Notes: generated from the sequence alone by a model not told the origin. Positions 1 through 11,997 are shown, numbered from the whole stretch's first letter. The stretch is DNA of 62,162 nucleotides, filler included, from Ionaspis alba (GCA_964255285.1; 7 parts of 7 records of this genome joined end to end with filler, not necessarily neighbours in it); one strand, 5' to 3'. Numbers and translations are program-made.

Positions 1-288
1 TTTTGCCATGGCCCGTTTAGTCGGGACACCTTGCGCAATAGGCAAGTTCACAATGTTTATAGAGACGTGGAAGATGCTAATGTTTTCATTTAACAGCAGC
101 CAAACTGGTCCTTGACGGCACAATTTCCGACAAGGGAATTCTCGCGCCGTTGAACAAGAGCATCAACGAGCCACTAATGCGAGAGCTTCGGAAGAATTAT
201 AGGTGAGTCCTTTGGCAGGTCTCTTCAACCAGGTGCTAACACGGTATTTAGGATCGAGTGTCACGAAAAAGTCGTCGCATACCAGTAG
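1..288 (+). CDS. LYS9: Saccharopine dehydrogenase (L-glutamate-forming, saccharopine reductase), 3' end only
   Basis: Not in the ORF track. Splicing a GC-AG intron 42-96 and a GT-AG intron 203-251 (both with GCTAA branch sites) gives FAMARLVGTPCAIAAKLVLDGTISDKGILAPLNKSINEPLMRELRKNYRIECHEKVVAYQ*, which matches the Lys9 C-terminus (AMAKLVGxPC..VLDGTI...GILAP). Could be a paralogue. Confidence 0.85.
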
Positions 289-438
289 TAGTATGGTAGA
301 ACTCAGCCTGAAACCTACACAATTCTCTTCCGTCCCTTGACAGAACTGTATGTTCGAACATCTTCGAGAAAGAGGAGCTTTCGCGAAACAAAAGAGGCGT
401 GGGTATCCAATCTCAGGAGAAGGGTATCGAGTCATGTG

Positions 439-1719
439 ATGACCGTATTTATGCCCACAATCAGAGATACGGCTAAGCTTGTAGTTTTCGTCGTGAGCCA
501 GACTTGGCTAACCACTTCTCAGTGCGAGGGTTTGTTGTTCACGGAGCTCTCAATGGAAGCTCTTTAGAATCGGTCGAGGCTGCTTGCCAGCAGGCTACTG
601 CACACTCGTCGCGTCCACGCGTCGAAGACGTTCATCACAGAAAGAAGCATCACAACAAAATGGCGCCACGCTTTGAGGCACCCAAATCTTGCCGCTTACC
701 GAAAGGAAGTCAAGGCTTTGGATGAATCTCACATCAAACTTGCCTATCAAGACCGCCTGAAAGAAGTGGATGAAATTGACAAGCATGAATCTATTGAGCA
801 GAAGCGAGTCTGCTTAGTAAACTGTCTAGTTCGTAGAACGTATGGAATCTTGCCAATGTTCTACTCTTCAACAACCAAGACCGGTATCAGATACCCTGAT
901 GATGGGCGTCCCGGTCCTGAGGTGGAGACTGATCGTGAGTCTGTCGAAGGAGAGCTTGAGGACCGCCCGATGGAAGCACTGATATCGAGACCCAAGCGGC
1001 GACTTTACCAGAAAAAGCGACGCCAAACTCAACATGCCTCAAGAGCACGAAGGCGCCTCCGGACGGCGCTTATGGAAGGCCGCAAGAAATTGAACACCGA
1101 CGCCAGGACCTTCATCGATCTGAACGATTTGGGAGTGGCACTTGGGAAAACATGGCCCATCCACCCGAGCCTCCAAATTGTGAAAGATCTGCTACAGAGA
1201 ATTCGAGATGGCAGGGAGGCTGAAGGTTCTTTATTGACACTCGACACTGAGTTCATCTCCTTCACTCGACGCGTTTTGGAAGTCGCTGTGGGAGAAGTCC
1301 ACGCTGGGAAGGTCTTGATCGACGTTCGAGTTGACCACCAATGCAGCACAGAGGATCTTCTCAAAATGCCGGACGGTCGCCTTATGGGTCTGAAGGAACA
1401 GCGAATAAGCTTCCAGTCCTTACGACAGGTCTACGGGTCTACCGATTCAGAGAAATGTTCTGGAAAAAAGACAGCAAGGGAAATTGCCGAGATGCTCAAA
1501 AGCGCCGGGGTCAGCCAAAAGTCCATCATTCTTGTTTGGCATGTTAACCGCTTTGACCTCACCGTCCTTAGAGAGCTATTAGAGTCTAAGGGATACACCG
1601 ATATTTTGCCTCCACAAGGGAACTGCATTCCAATGATCAAGCATTATCCGAGCGGGATTGCCCCCAAGAGACAAGACTGGCAGAGTTTAAAACACGAAAA
1701 AATTTACGCTGAGTTTTAA
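439..1719 (+). pseudogene. Probably disrupted or truncated gene with a C-terminal DEDD (RNase T/DnaQ-like) exonuclease domain
   Basis: ORF 673-1719 has ExoI-like LTLDTEF, then VLEVAV and VWHVNRFDL. The ExoIII H..D motif is missing. An apparent frameshift near 1648 is followed by AT-rich DNA from about 1686, and the upstream part (504-725) is in another frame. Start approximate. Confidence 0.55.
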
Positions 1720-2126
1720 TCAATTACACATGTTGCTTAATCGAGCACAAACCTTCATGACTTTCTCACTAACGGTTTTGTTCATTGAATGTTTAGTCTG
1801 ATAGCGATACAGCATCTGTGGTATTCTAAACTTATTTTTAATGCATATCTGCCTTTTAATATCGCTTTAATCGAGGTGTTATTTTAAGTAGAATCTAATA
1901 GACTCCGCCGTCGCTCGTGCAAGATAATCGTGAGAATCTTTGTCAAACGGGCCGCCTGTGAATGTCTGGTTGAAGCGTTCAGAAAAAAGCGGCGAAAGGG
2001 CTCCATTCAGTCGTCGACGGAAGACGGAAGAGGCAGGGGGAAGGTTGACAAGAGGTTTAGGCGGCGGATGGCTCGGCTAAACCGGATTAGGGATGGTCGT
2101 GTACCGCGCACGCCAATTCGGGTGCG

Positions 2127-2217
2127 AGAAAACTGGATATCCCGTCCGCTCTGCTATACATAAGCTTGAGATCGGCTGATTAGTAGTTGAGTGGGTGACC
2201 ACCAGCGAATAACTATG
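2127..2217 (+). pseudogene. 5S rRNA gene fragment (5'-truncated, small 3' deletion)
   Basis: AGAAAACTGGATATCCCGTCCGCTCTGC..TAAGC..GATTAGTAGTTGAGTGGGTGACCACCAGCGAAT matches ascomycete 5S. It ends in TATGT plus T-runs (Pol III terminator). The first ~20 nt (ACATACGACCATA...) are absent and ~7 nt before the 3' end are missing. Confidence 0.9.
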
Positions 2218-2269
2218 TTTTTGTCTTTTTGTTTCATTGTTCAACAAATGAACACAAAAATCTTTTCAC

Positions 2270-3175
2270 CAGGAACAGGACTTGTCCCCAAATCTAATCC
2301 CCACAGAAGTAGGTAACATTTTCTTTACAGCCCTTCTGAGCATTGTAAGCGCCGAAGAAGCTCAGAAGCGCCAAGCACAGAGGGGACCGGGAGCGGGAGA
2401 TCCACTCCACGCACAATCCACAAACGCAGTCTCGTTTCTACAACTCTCCTCTATCATTATGAATGCTTCCCCTTTCCCACATACCACTCCTCTGTGCCTC
2501 TGCATCACCGTACATCATCACACTAGCTCCCCTTCCCACATCCCCCGGACCTAACCTAAATTCCCATCCGAGCGGGCTCTCCCGCTAAAATCCTCACTAC
2601 TGTATGCACGATGCGCTGTCAAACCAGCGATCTCTGGTTCCTGGCATGAAAGCAGCAGCTTTGATGGGTAAACACTTTTCGAGTGTTCATGCACGGGGAA
2701 GGGGAATGGAAGCCGGTTGGGGAATCTAAATGAGAGCCTGTTGGGATGCTAATTTGGACGATCATTTTATCGGTCTGTGGGAAGCGCGGTGCGGATGTTG
2801 GGTTGAGGGCCCGCGGGTAGGTGGAGGACGAGGGTCTAAGATTCAGGGCGTAGAGAGGAAAGAATGGGTAGGTGTGAGAGGGAAAAGGTTGATGATGGCA
2901 CCGAGTGTTTACAAAAGATGCGGTTACTTGTTGCACAGGGTAGTTGACGTCCTGCTGTGATGAGAACAAGGACAATAGAAACCTAGGCTGGCACGTGAGT
3001 TTGATTGATCGAGTAATTCACAGCATCTGGTTGTGGAAATTCGTTGCTTGCATCTGTTGATGAATTTGCTTTTCGGGCTAGAGCTTTCCACGACGTAAGG
3101 AGCAGGAAGGCCTTCCTCAAGGATACCTTTCTCGAGGTATCCTTATGCTCGAAGTAGCAAAGTGCAACAGGACCC
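2270..3175 (+). ncRNA. Candidate structured non-coding RNA, family unknown
   Basis: Many nested helices with G-U pairs that favour the + strand, and no credible ORF (see findings). Confidence 0.35.
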
Positions 3176-3352
3176 AGACATCGCCATTCCATCCCCCCTT
3201 CCCTATATCCCCTCCTCATCGAATCATAGAATTCCTCTCCCTTAAGAATCGAAGCCAAAGCCAAAGCCGATCCAAGATCTCCAAGCCATAGTCATTTAGA
3301 AGTCATCGTAAATCGTCTCACGCGTCCACCCTCTCGCCATCACCTCCGGTCC

Positions 3353-4405
3353 TCAAGCAGCCGGACTCATACTAACCCCTCTCATCTTCTCCTCCAACAC
3401 CTTCAAACTCCCCGGATCCGAATCCTTCGGCAAAAGCGGCGTCTGCTTACAGTTCTCACAACGATCATGTCCGCACTTCTCACACGTCTTGCCATGCTCG
3501 GGGAAAGTGGTGGCGCATTGCTCACACTCGAATTCGATCTCGATGGTGTCGCCGGGATAGCCGTGGGGATATTTTTTCGTCTTCGGCCTGTCCGGTGGTT
3601 AGTAACGGGTACAATGGGCTAGTGGAATTGGGAGAAGAGCATGGGTTTCGTACGGTTCGCGGGGACATTGCGGACACCTGACATGCTTGCAGCCTTCGCA
3701 AGCAGTTGCCTTGGGAGCAAACATCTGCTGGCATTTGTGGCAGTGGCGCCGGACACGCTGTTTGGGGTGTTTGCGGTGGACTTCGTTTCCAGTCTTGCGA
3801 TTCACCATCGTGAGAGTCTTGGAGCGCGATTTCTTGTCGTCTTTGACTGCCGAGGCCATGGCGGCAGCCGCAGCTTTCTTGCCCTTTGCGTCCTTGGAAC
3901 GCTTGGTTGGGAAGCGGGGGCATTTCTTGCAACGATTATGGGAACAGTTGTTGCAGACTTTCTCGGGACCGAAGGTGGTTTGGCAGCGGTGGCATTGACG
4001 GTGGACTCTCATGCGGATCTTCTTCTCTACTCGCTCTGCGTCGCCTCTAGTGGGCGCGGTCCACTCGCCTGGTTCGAGAGTGAGTCCGTACTTGGCGAAG
4101 AGAGCGCGAGCTCGTTCCTCCTGGATTCTGTTGTACTCGGCTGCTGTGGTGGCGTGTTTGGCAGTTCCTAGCTGCGCAGGTGGTGCAGCTGGCTTGGGTT
4201 CTGGTACGGAAGTGAGAGTGGTCGCTGGCTGGGTTGGAGCAGCTGGTGTAGGAGCAGCTGCGCCGGTCGATGGACCTGCGCCCGCTGACGCGCCGGAGAC
4301 CGATTCCTTTTTGGAGCGTCCTTTCAGGACCGTGCTTGCTCTTCTCAAGAACTTTTGAAGGCCCTTCTTCTCTCCTCCAGCTCCTCCTTGACCTGAAGTG
4401 CTCAT
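3353..4405 (-). CDS. Fungal hypothetical protein with three CxxC..CxxCxHxxCxxC zinc-binding repeats
   Basis: ORF from MSTSGQGG, an intron at about 3588-3652, and last exon PKTKKYPHGYPGD..CEQC..CEKCGHDRCENC..SPAA*. Confidence 0.85.
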
Positions 4406-7015
4406 GATGACGGATTGAAGCTGGATCTTCAAATGCAGCAGATATGTAGAGGATTACAAATAAAGTTCGCGGGGAAGCGCGCGAAATGCTGATAAAGTCG
4501 CAATTGGTTCCCACAAAGAGAGGATTGATGGCAAGACTCTTGCAGATGACTTAATTCGCTCTGGACCATGGATTCGCAGCGTGATCGATCACCGAAATAC
4601 TGTTTGACGAGTCAACTTCAGATCTGCAGGGAACATACTACCCTATGTGGGGAAATCCCATACATCGCACCGAGCAAAATGGTTGGCGCGTAGCAGATTG
4701 AAGGTGTTGATAACCCTGTAGCTCGTAGGATTGGTTGTGAAAGAGATGGTCTTCGTGTTGTACAGAGTTGTTCCAGATCCACGTCGGTGGGATTTGTCGC
4801 AATCCAGGAAACCTTCATGCCAAGGTCAAACACATCAGCTTTACGAGTCTGCATGCAGGATCACGGCACTGCGCTCGCAGACAGGCACATACCTCTATGG
4901 TTGTGACCTGAAAGCAACACTTGAATCCTTCGACGAAAGCAACAACGACAACGACGATGTGATGGAGAGATTTCAAGAATGGAGGGAGAACAGCCAGGTA
5001 TTTGGCTATCCGGGCCAGAGCCAGTGGATCGGGAAGAGTTCGCAGGCATTTAGAGAACGGGGCTGGTGCAGCTGCTTGGCTCGCTAGCAAAAAAGAGGGA
5101 GCTGCAGCAACGGGAGATAGGGAACTGGGATTGGGGGGATGCCGCTAAACATGACGCCCGCATCAGCAGCCGGGGGCTTTTGGGTACGAACCAAAGCACT
5201 CCGCCAATAATCGGGCTCTCCATTGCTGGGGTTCCCGCTTGTCGCTGTCACACCCAAATGATCGCTGCACTGTCACAACCGGAACGGCCTTGACCGAGCG
5301 TAATTTTCATAAGTTCCTTCCATTCCATGGATCAGCAACAACCTATTTTGACACTTGAGGCCGTGAACTGCTGCTAAGTCAGACTATCTCCTTCTTCTCC
5401 CATGGTTCCACCGAGTGGGACGACAATCGATAGTTCCCGCAACTGGGTTCATCAAAAGTGGGGAGTTAATATAAATAGTTGTCGGGTACGGCGGGTGTCC
5501 TACTCTGGCAGGTTAAATGGTTAGCGGAGCCAAAGAGGGTCTTGCTAGAGAGAGCTTGAATCATGAAGACATTTTCGAGTAATTTCAGTGAATAGCTTCA
5601 ATAAAGCATGCAAGCTGCAAGTAGGTGGTCTGGCCATCTTTCCATGTAGAGCTGTTCAGACGTGGCTGCGATCCACTCAATAATGGTACGCTCAGATCAA
5701 CGAGATTCCCACAGAAGTGCTACTCCGATATCGCCCTCGATAGCATCACCGACTCGTGAACGCATTGTGGCGGTCTTTGTGTCTCCCAAAGGAGTGTCAC
5801 CTGCGGCATCGTGCAGCTTGGTGGAGGATGTGTATGTAGTGCAGATAGTGGAGTCTGGTAAGATGACATCCAGGAACGCCATCCAGATAGTCAATCAAGC
5901 TGGAACCCTGGACTCTTCTCGTGCGATCGAAAGGGTCATCGTTGTAGAATTTTCTTCGCGAGCTTGTCAGATGTGCAAGTCACGGTCCGAAAAAAGCAGA
6001 ACAACCGTTGGAAACGCATGTGGGCGCGCGAACTTGCAGCGGAAAACAGGCATGTCTGGCAGCTGTGGCTAGCCGATCCCATCTGTTAGGAACGGTACCC
6101 AGTTGCGGAAGATGCAGCTGTCCGACTGTTTGATGAAGATTTTTTCGAATCGAATTCATCGATTGGTGCGTTTCAAGGACTTTGACAGAAGGGAACGGTC
6201 CGGGTCCCGAAAGAGGTTTCCCATGAGGTCCAGAGAAATGCTGCATAGGACAGCACTCCTAATACCTGCTTTCTGAGCAAATACATGGACATCGTCGCTT
6301 CCTGCATCCAAGCAGCTTCTGCATTCATATCCTAATCCTCGGCCTCAGATCCGGGCCTTTGGACAAGGTGGAAGGTCGCACGAGCCTCGCTTTGCAGTGA
6401 CGGACCTTCACTCCGATAGGATTTCGAGATATTTTCCACATTTTCTCTGCAGACGTCAAAGCAGAATATTCTGCGTCCATCGGATTCATGCCACAATCTT
6501 TTGCACGGTATATCAAATACCACAAGATTTCACAAGCCTCGAGCATTTGAGGCTTAGAAATGTCTCTCCTGCGCCTATCTGATCGGCCGTGGCTGCGCGG
6601 TACGATCAACGAGTATTTCAAGCGAGTTTCTGCTGCCTGGTTTTGATGCAGGCTCCAACATATCATAAGAGCATGAACGAAAGACTGCATGTTCACCCTT
6701 GATGCAAATATTGCCATTGTCCAATCAGGCTTGCTCAGGCAACTCATCATTGGATCGTTCTTAGAAGCAATTTCTTTGGTGTCATACTGTACAACTTGCT
6801 GTGTGGAGCACTGCATTATAATCCAACTACTCTTGGCCTGTGTTCAAGGCGAATATACCGCAATATTCATTCACGCGTCTGCTGGAAGGATATGCCGTGA
6901 GTATTCACAGCACCGGCCTCTAACTTCAGACCAACGTCCGGGCTACTGATGGGATTGTATTCTTTCCAGTTAGCACGATCTTGAGGACAACAACTAACCA
7001 GCTATCTTTAGCCCA

Positions 7016-8830
7016 ATGCAGTCTTTCCAGGTACTCTCCCGTTACGCACGGCACTGGGACTACGACCTCATGCGCCAGGTACCGGCAACGGATCTTCAAG
7101 AGAAGGACAACTGCTATTTCCATCCTCGATATCCAGATTCTCCTGGCGCGTATCTGCAGGAAGCAGGAGTAGCCATGGTAGGTGTCGAAAGGCCAAATGA
7201 CCGACTTACGGATTTACCTTCCGACATCCTGGTTCTGATCTTCGCTCGACTGTCACCGGCAGCCCTTGATGCCGCACGATACACCTGCAAAGCCTGGTGG
7301 GGATGGATCATGGAAGATACGTGGCTACTAGAGTTGGTGCTGAACCGCAAGCAGATAGATGATGTTGTATTGGATCCATGGGAGCCGGATCCCGACCCTT
7401 CTAAACGACTCAGACAGCTTGCTATACAGCTTGACTGTCAGTCCAAGATTGTGCACGCCTTGAGTCCACCAGATGCTTGGCGCCTACATTATCGGCGCGT
7501 CGATACGAAGATTGAGGCACCCCGTCTGCTCCCTGCCAACCAATATCCCAAGGGAGTGCCCCGTGCCATGGCCTTTGAGACCGTCCTCGCCACAAGGTAC
7601 TGGACTGCAGGGGACATGCTTATCTGTCTTGTCAAACAGAATTCAGAAAGTTCTCAGTCCGATTTTGATGATACCATTTATCCTCCTCAACTGGTCTTCT
7701 ATGCTTTCCTGTCTTCGATCGAACCTGTGTATGTTGGTACCATACCATGCACTATAGAGTCTACCACTTTCACTATCAATCGTGTATATCACTGTACGGA
7801 TCTTGTGACCAAGAAGGAAACGGAAAAATATTTTGAGATCATCCTCGATGACGAAGTAATTATTGGATCTTTAACTTACCGCCCTAGTTTCAGAGAGTTC
7901 GAATCGCCATTCGAATTAGGGGTCATCAATGCTGTACCGAAGTCAGCGATAAGTCAGGAATCCCGGCCTAACGGTATTGAGTTGGGAATCAACGAACTCC
8001 TCATGGAAGAAGACCAAAATGTATGGAAGCTCCTCGTCGAATTCCATCTTCCGGTTGTAAGTACAATTTATACCATCTATTGCCAATGCTGCTAACGAGT
8101 CAGGTGAAGCGGACAACAAAAACTCTCTTTGTTGCACAGAAACTCGAATCTAGAGCTTTGCATCTGGTGCAAATAGAGAATCTCAACGGACGTCTAAGCA
8201 CTGCTCGTGGCCGAAGAAGTGAGGAGGCGTTCTCCAGAGCAAGTACAATCGATGGCCCGCTTCACATCATATCCGTCGCAATCATTAGTCCTCCAAAGGC
8301 TGGGCTCATCTCCTGCAACCTTGCTACAGGATACTTAAACGACTCATCGAGCCCACTGCGAGTAGCGGTCATCTGGTTAGATCCCAAAACAAATCAGAAA
8401 GAGCTTTACCTGCACGATATTGAATATCCTGATGCGAATCTCTCTGAGACGAGTGCATCTAGTGGTATACATTCAGCAAAATCCGCCTCGTTTGACGGAA
8501 CAAAGTTCAACCCAGAGAATATCTATAGTTTTCGAGCACGTCGACTCAGTTCACTACCCTCGCACATGGGCAGCATACATACCGATAGTTCACTGCTTGA
8601 CATGCTTCCACAAGAGATTCGCGCGAGGCATGAAACACTTGGGGGACTCAAGATCATCATACCAGACACGCTCTCCCACTCCCTCTTCAAAAGACGAGCA
8701 ATTTTTCAAATTCTCGTCTGGGGGCATCATGGTAAAAGCTCGACCGTATCACTCACTGTTTTTAACTTCAACCCTGAGACTTCCCAATTTCAGAAACAAA
8801 TAGCTTGGAGACTCGCACGACACCAAGCGC
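7016..8830 (+). CDS. F-box domain protein, 3' end cut by scaffold end
   Basis: F-box motif LTDLPSDILVLIFARLSPAALDAARYTCKAW. An intron at about 8056-8103 (GTAAGT..GCTAAC..CAG) links two ORFs. Start uncertain. Confidence 0.75.
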
Positions 8831-8930
8831 NNNNNNNNNNNNNNNNNNNNNNNNNNNNNNNNNNNNNNNNNNNNTTAATTAATTAANNNNNNNNNNNNNN
8901 NNNNNNNNNNNNNNNNNNNNNNNNNNNNNN
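8831..8930. other. Artificial scaffold linker N44-TTAATTAATTAA-N44
   Basis: All-frame stop linker inside an N run. Confidence 0.98.
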
Positions 8931-11012
8931 ACCTCCCCCTACCCCCACTCCCTTTCCCCTTCACATCTCCCTCCCCACCCTGCACCGGCGCCGCCGCAAT
9001 GCCCAGCAGCAAACACACAGGCCGCAAGCCCTGTTCCTCCTGACTCTTGAACGGCAGAATCCAATCAAGCCTAAAGGCACGGCCACGCTGTCTCAGTCGC
9101 GTGAGCGTGAGGAGCGCCACACGCCCGGTTTGGGTGGCGATGGCGACGAGACCTAGGGAGGGGATTTGTAGAGAGATATTTAGGCGGTTGAACCGGGTGA
9201 GGTCGGTGAAAGTGGCTGGGATCTCCTGGTAGAGGATGGAGGGTGAAATGATGGTGGGGTGGTTGGAGGTGGGTTCGAAGAGGGAGAGGGTTGTGGAGGA
9301 GGCGTGGAGGACGGTGAAGGGGGGTGATTGGGTGGTAGCGGAGGCGCTGGTATTTGGAGGGCTCGAAGATGGGGGAGCTGGGAGGTCGTGGCCTTGGATT
9401 TGCTGTAGTGGTCGTGAACGGTTAGGTGCTGGAATCATTGGTTGCCGGTTGTGACCATCGTTGGAGTGATCGTAGCTTCGAGCTGGAGGAGCGGCTGATG
9501 GGCCATTGCTGTGGAGGTTGACAGTCTGGTCTGATAGTTCATCGTAGATGTCGTCCATGTCGAAATCGTCCTCGTCCAATTCGTCGATGTCGGTTTCATC
9601 CCAGTCGGGATCGTTGTCTGCCAAGTGCCGGACGGGAATTGGAAGTCGAGACTGGTAAGACATCTGGCGGTCCCAAGCAAGCAAGTATTGACAAAGAGGG
9701 TGCCATTGGGACGAGTCTGTCACATCTGCGCGGCTCAGAGAGATGTCCCAGGCGTGACCGTTGCGTAGGCCCTCACAGCCAAGCCATTCATTGTGGTCTT
9801 TGGCGACCCTGAATGAGCGCGGGTCTAGGCATAAAACGCTCCATCCATGTCTGTTAGAAAGAGGTAAGAGGGTTGTAGTATAGTGTATGGAAGGATACTT
9901 ACGTTGTCTGGCTGTAATTTAGATATTCGCGGTCGGAAAGGACCGGAGCGTATTTCTTCACTCCCATACGCTTCCAAATATCCCAGATTAGAGTCACTCC
10001 AGCGATATCGGTACTAATTAGGTATCTTCCAATTGGATCGTCCTCGGTATTGCAGAATGTGATGTCAGGTATATTCTGCCAGTGGCCGATCAAGGAGATT
10101 GTCAAATTGTGGGAACGATTATAAGGACCTTGTTCATGTCCCGTATCCCAATCTTCAAGAGCGGCTTCATTAGAAGGAAAACTCAAGGGAGCTTCCGTAT
10201 CTTCGCGAGGAGTGCCGCTGTGATCGGAACCGGAACTGGAAGCAGGGGAGCTCGGACGACCAAGGGCGAATGCAATGACAGTGATCTGCCTAGAATTCGC
10301 GCTCACAGCGATCATGCGAGCTTCCTTGTGAATAGCAAGACCCCACGCACTCTCACCAACGTTGAATATAACCATTGGTCTTGGAGCTTCAGGTTCGATG
10401 GAGTGCCCATCGTCCTCTGCAACTCTGTTCTCGAATGCATACTGGATAGATCGGGTCGTATATCCAATGACATCGCCGTCATCGCAAGCACAGAGCAGGA
10501 TCTCTTCATTGCCCAAATCTCCCACCATAAGACGATTGATACGATGTGGATATCTTCCACCTGTAAAGCTATAGAGATTTGGCGCTGTGGCTGGGAGTTT
10601 TAGGACGAGCTCGGTGCCGGTCTGGAGATTTTGAGAAGGGAATTGTGGTCGATAAACATAGACCTCCTCTGTATATGCAACAAAGTAGAGATTATGGTAT
10701 TGCGACAACGCGGTCTGTATGGAATGAGCATCCCGTCCGCGCAGGCTGGAAGGTACTGACTGACCAGATTATTGCAACACTTGGCGGTCGCCGGTGGGTC
10801 TCTCGGAAACCGTCTTCTCCGTCATCAGCCATGGAACCATCTCGGAGACCGGGTATTGCACATACGGAGGGAACTACCGATGGTCAGCATCTTTGTGAGC
10901 GCTGTCATATGGACCGGAAATGGTGGGAAAGGACTACCCTATCAACGCCTCGAACTACTGAACAAAAGGAAACGTCCACCTCACGAAAACCCCTCCTCCC
11001 GGCCGCCGCCAT
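8931..11012 (-). CDS. CRT10-like WD40/beta-propeller protein, multi-exon, C-terminus cut
   Basis: Spliced NNL|TALSQYHNLYFVAY, then INRLMVGDLGNEEILLCACDDGDV, SAWGLAIH, NIPDITF and RLNISLQIPSLGLVAIATQTGRVAL, typical of the CRT10 family. Start approximate. Confidence 0.8.
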
Positions 11013-11462
11013 AGTGAGCGATGTTAGTTGTTGGTAGCTTTCACGGCATATTTTGTCTCAGTCTGCTTGTGCTTGATTGGATGGGAGGGATGGAGAGGAT
11101 GGAAGTTGCGTCGGACAAATGAGGTCAGAGCAGATTGGAGTGAGGCGAGTCTGCCCCCAATCTAAGCTTATCTTAGCTTGCCCGAATGTTGGTGGTGGGG
11201 CATTGCGACTGGGCATTGTTTTTTTGAATACGGTCAGAGTACACAGAGTGTCAATTGTAATGGAATAAAATGCTCCTTCATAGGGTCTTGAGATATATTT
11301 CTCATTCATAGGTTCATTCATGTCACTTTGCTCGATACGGGCTCCTGTCAATCTGTACTTGACCAGGTCTTCAGTCCCTGTGCTTTCACCTCTGCTCATT
11401 GACTGTCTTTCAAACACCACTAGCGACTTCCTGCTCATGGCTGGCAGACTGAGATGCTGACC

Positions 11463-11897
11463 CTACCTGGCAATCACGTACTGCTGGTCTTCTAGAGCAT
11501 AGGTATTAGTCTTAGGAGCTATGGGCTGAAATATGCAGCGTTCGTCGCTGACAGTCTCCATCCCTTTTGATTTGAGATTCTGTGACAGACCCTTGGCGGC
11601 TACTATCAAGAGCAGCGATAGCTCTCCCACGAACGGAACGGGATACTCCTCGACATATGTTCCAGTTTCGTCATAGAGACTCTTGTCATCCACATAGTTG
11701 TCACGGCACTTGGCCAATGGCTAGGACTCCATTCAGAGATAGTGCGTTGGTGTACTTGCGGAGAGCGAAGTCGAAACCTCTGTACGAGAGCTGGAGGTGT
11801 GAAAAGGAAAGGAAAATCGCGTCGAAACTACCCTTCCGTTCGTACTCGAGCACGTCCGATACGCTGAAGCTGCCATTGGGGACATTTGCTTGGGCGA
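11463..11897 (-). pseudogene. Frameshifted class I SAM-dependent methyltransferase, C-terminal half
   Basis: One frame reads ..SDVLEYERKGSFDAIFLSFSHLQL..LSLNGVLAIGQVP*. A shift near 11705 continues DNYVDDKSLYDETGTYVEEYPVPFVGE..FQP..QQYVIAR. The 5' part is lost in an N gap. Confidence 0.55.
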
Positions 11898-11997
11898 NNN
11901 NNNNNNNNNNNNNNNNNNNNNNNNNNNNNNNNNNNNNNNNNNNNNNNNNNNNNNNNNNNNNNNNNNNNNNNNNNNNNNNNNNNNNNNNNNNNNNNNN

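Noticed and set aside
283..291. CAG TAG TAG as RIP-derived stops in a long ORF
   Set aside because: The first TAG is the natural stop of the LYS9-like gene.
2127..3175. 5S-derived SINE (5S head plus body)
   Set aside because: T-runs directly after the 5S part would terminate Pol III, and no tail or target-site duplication is seen.
5560..6900. Short minus-strand ORFs as a gene or an ankyrin/NACHT relic
   Set aside because: No consistent motif or splice model. It may be a decayed gene, but I cannot support that.
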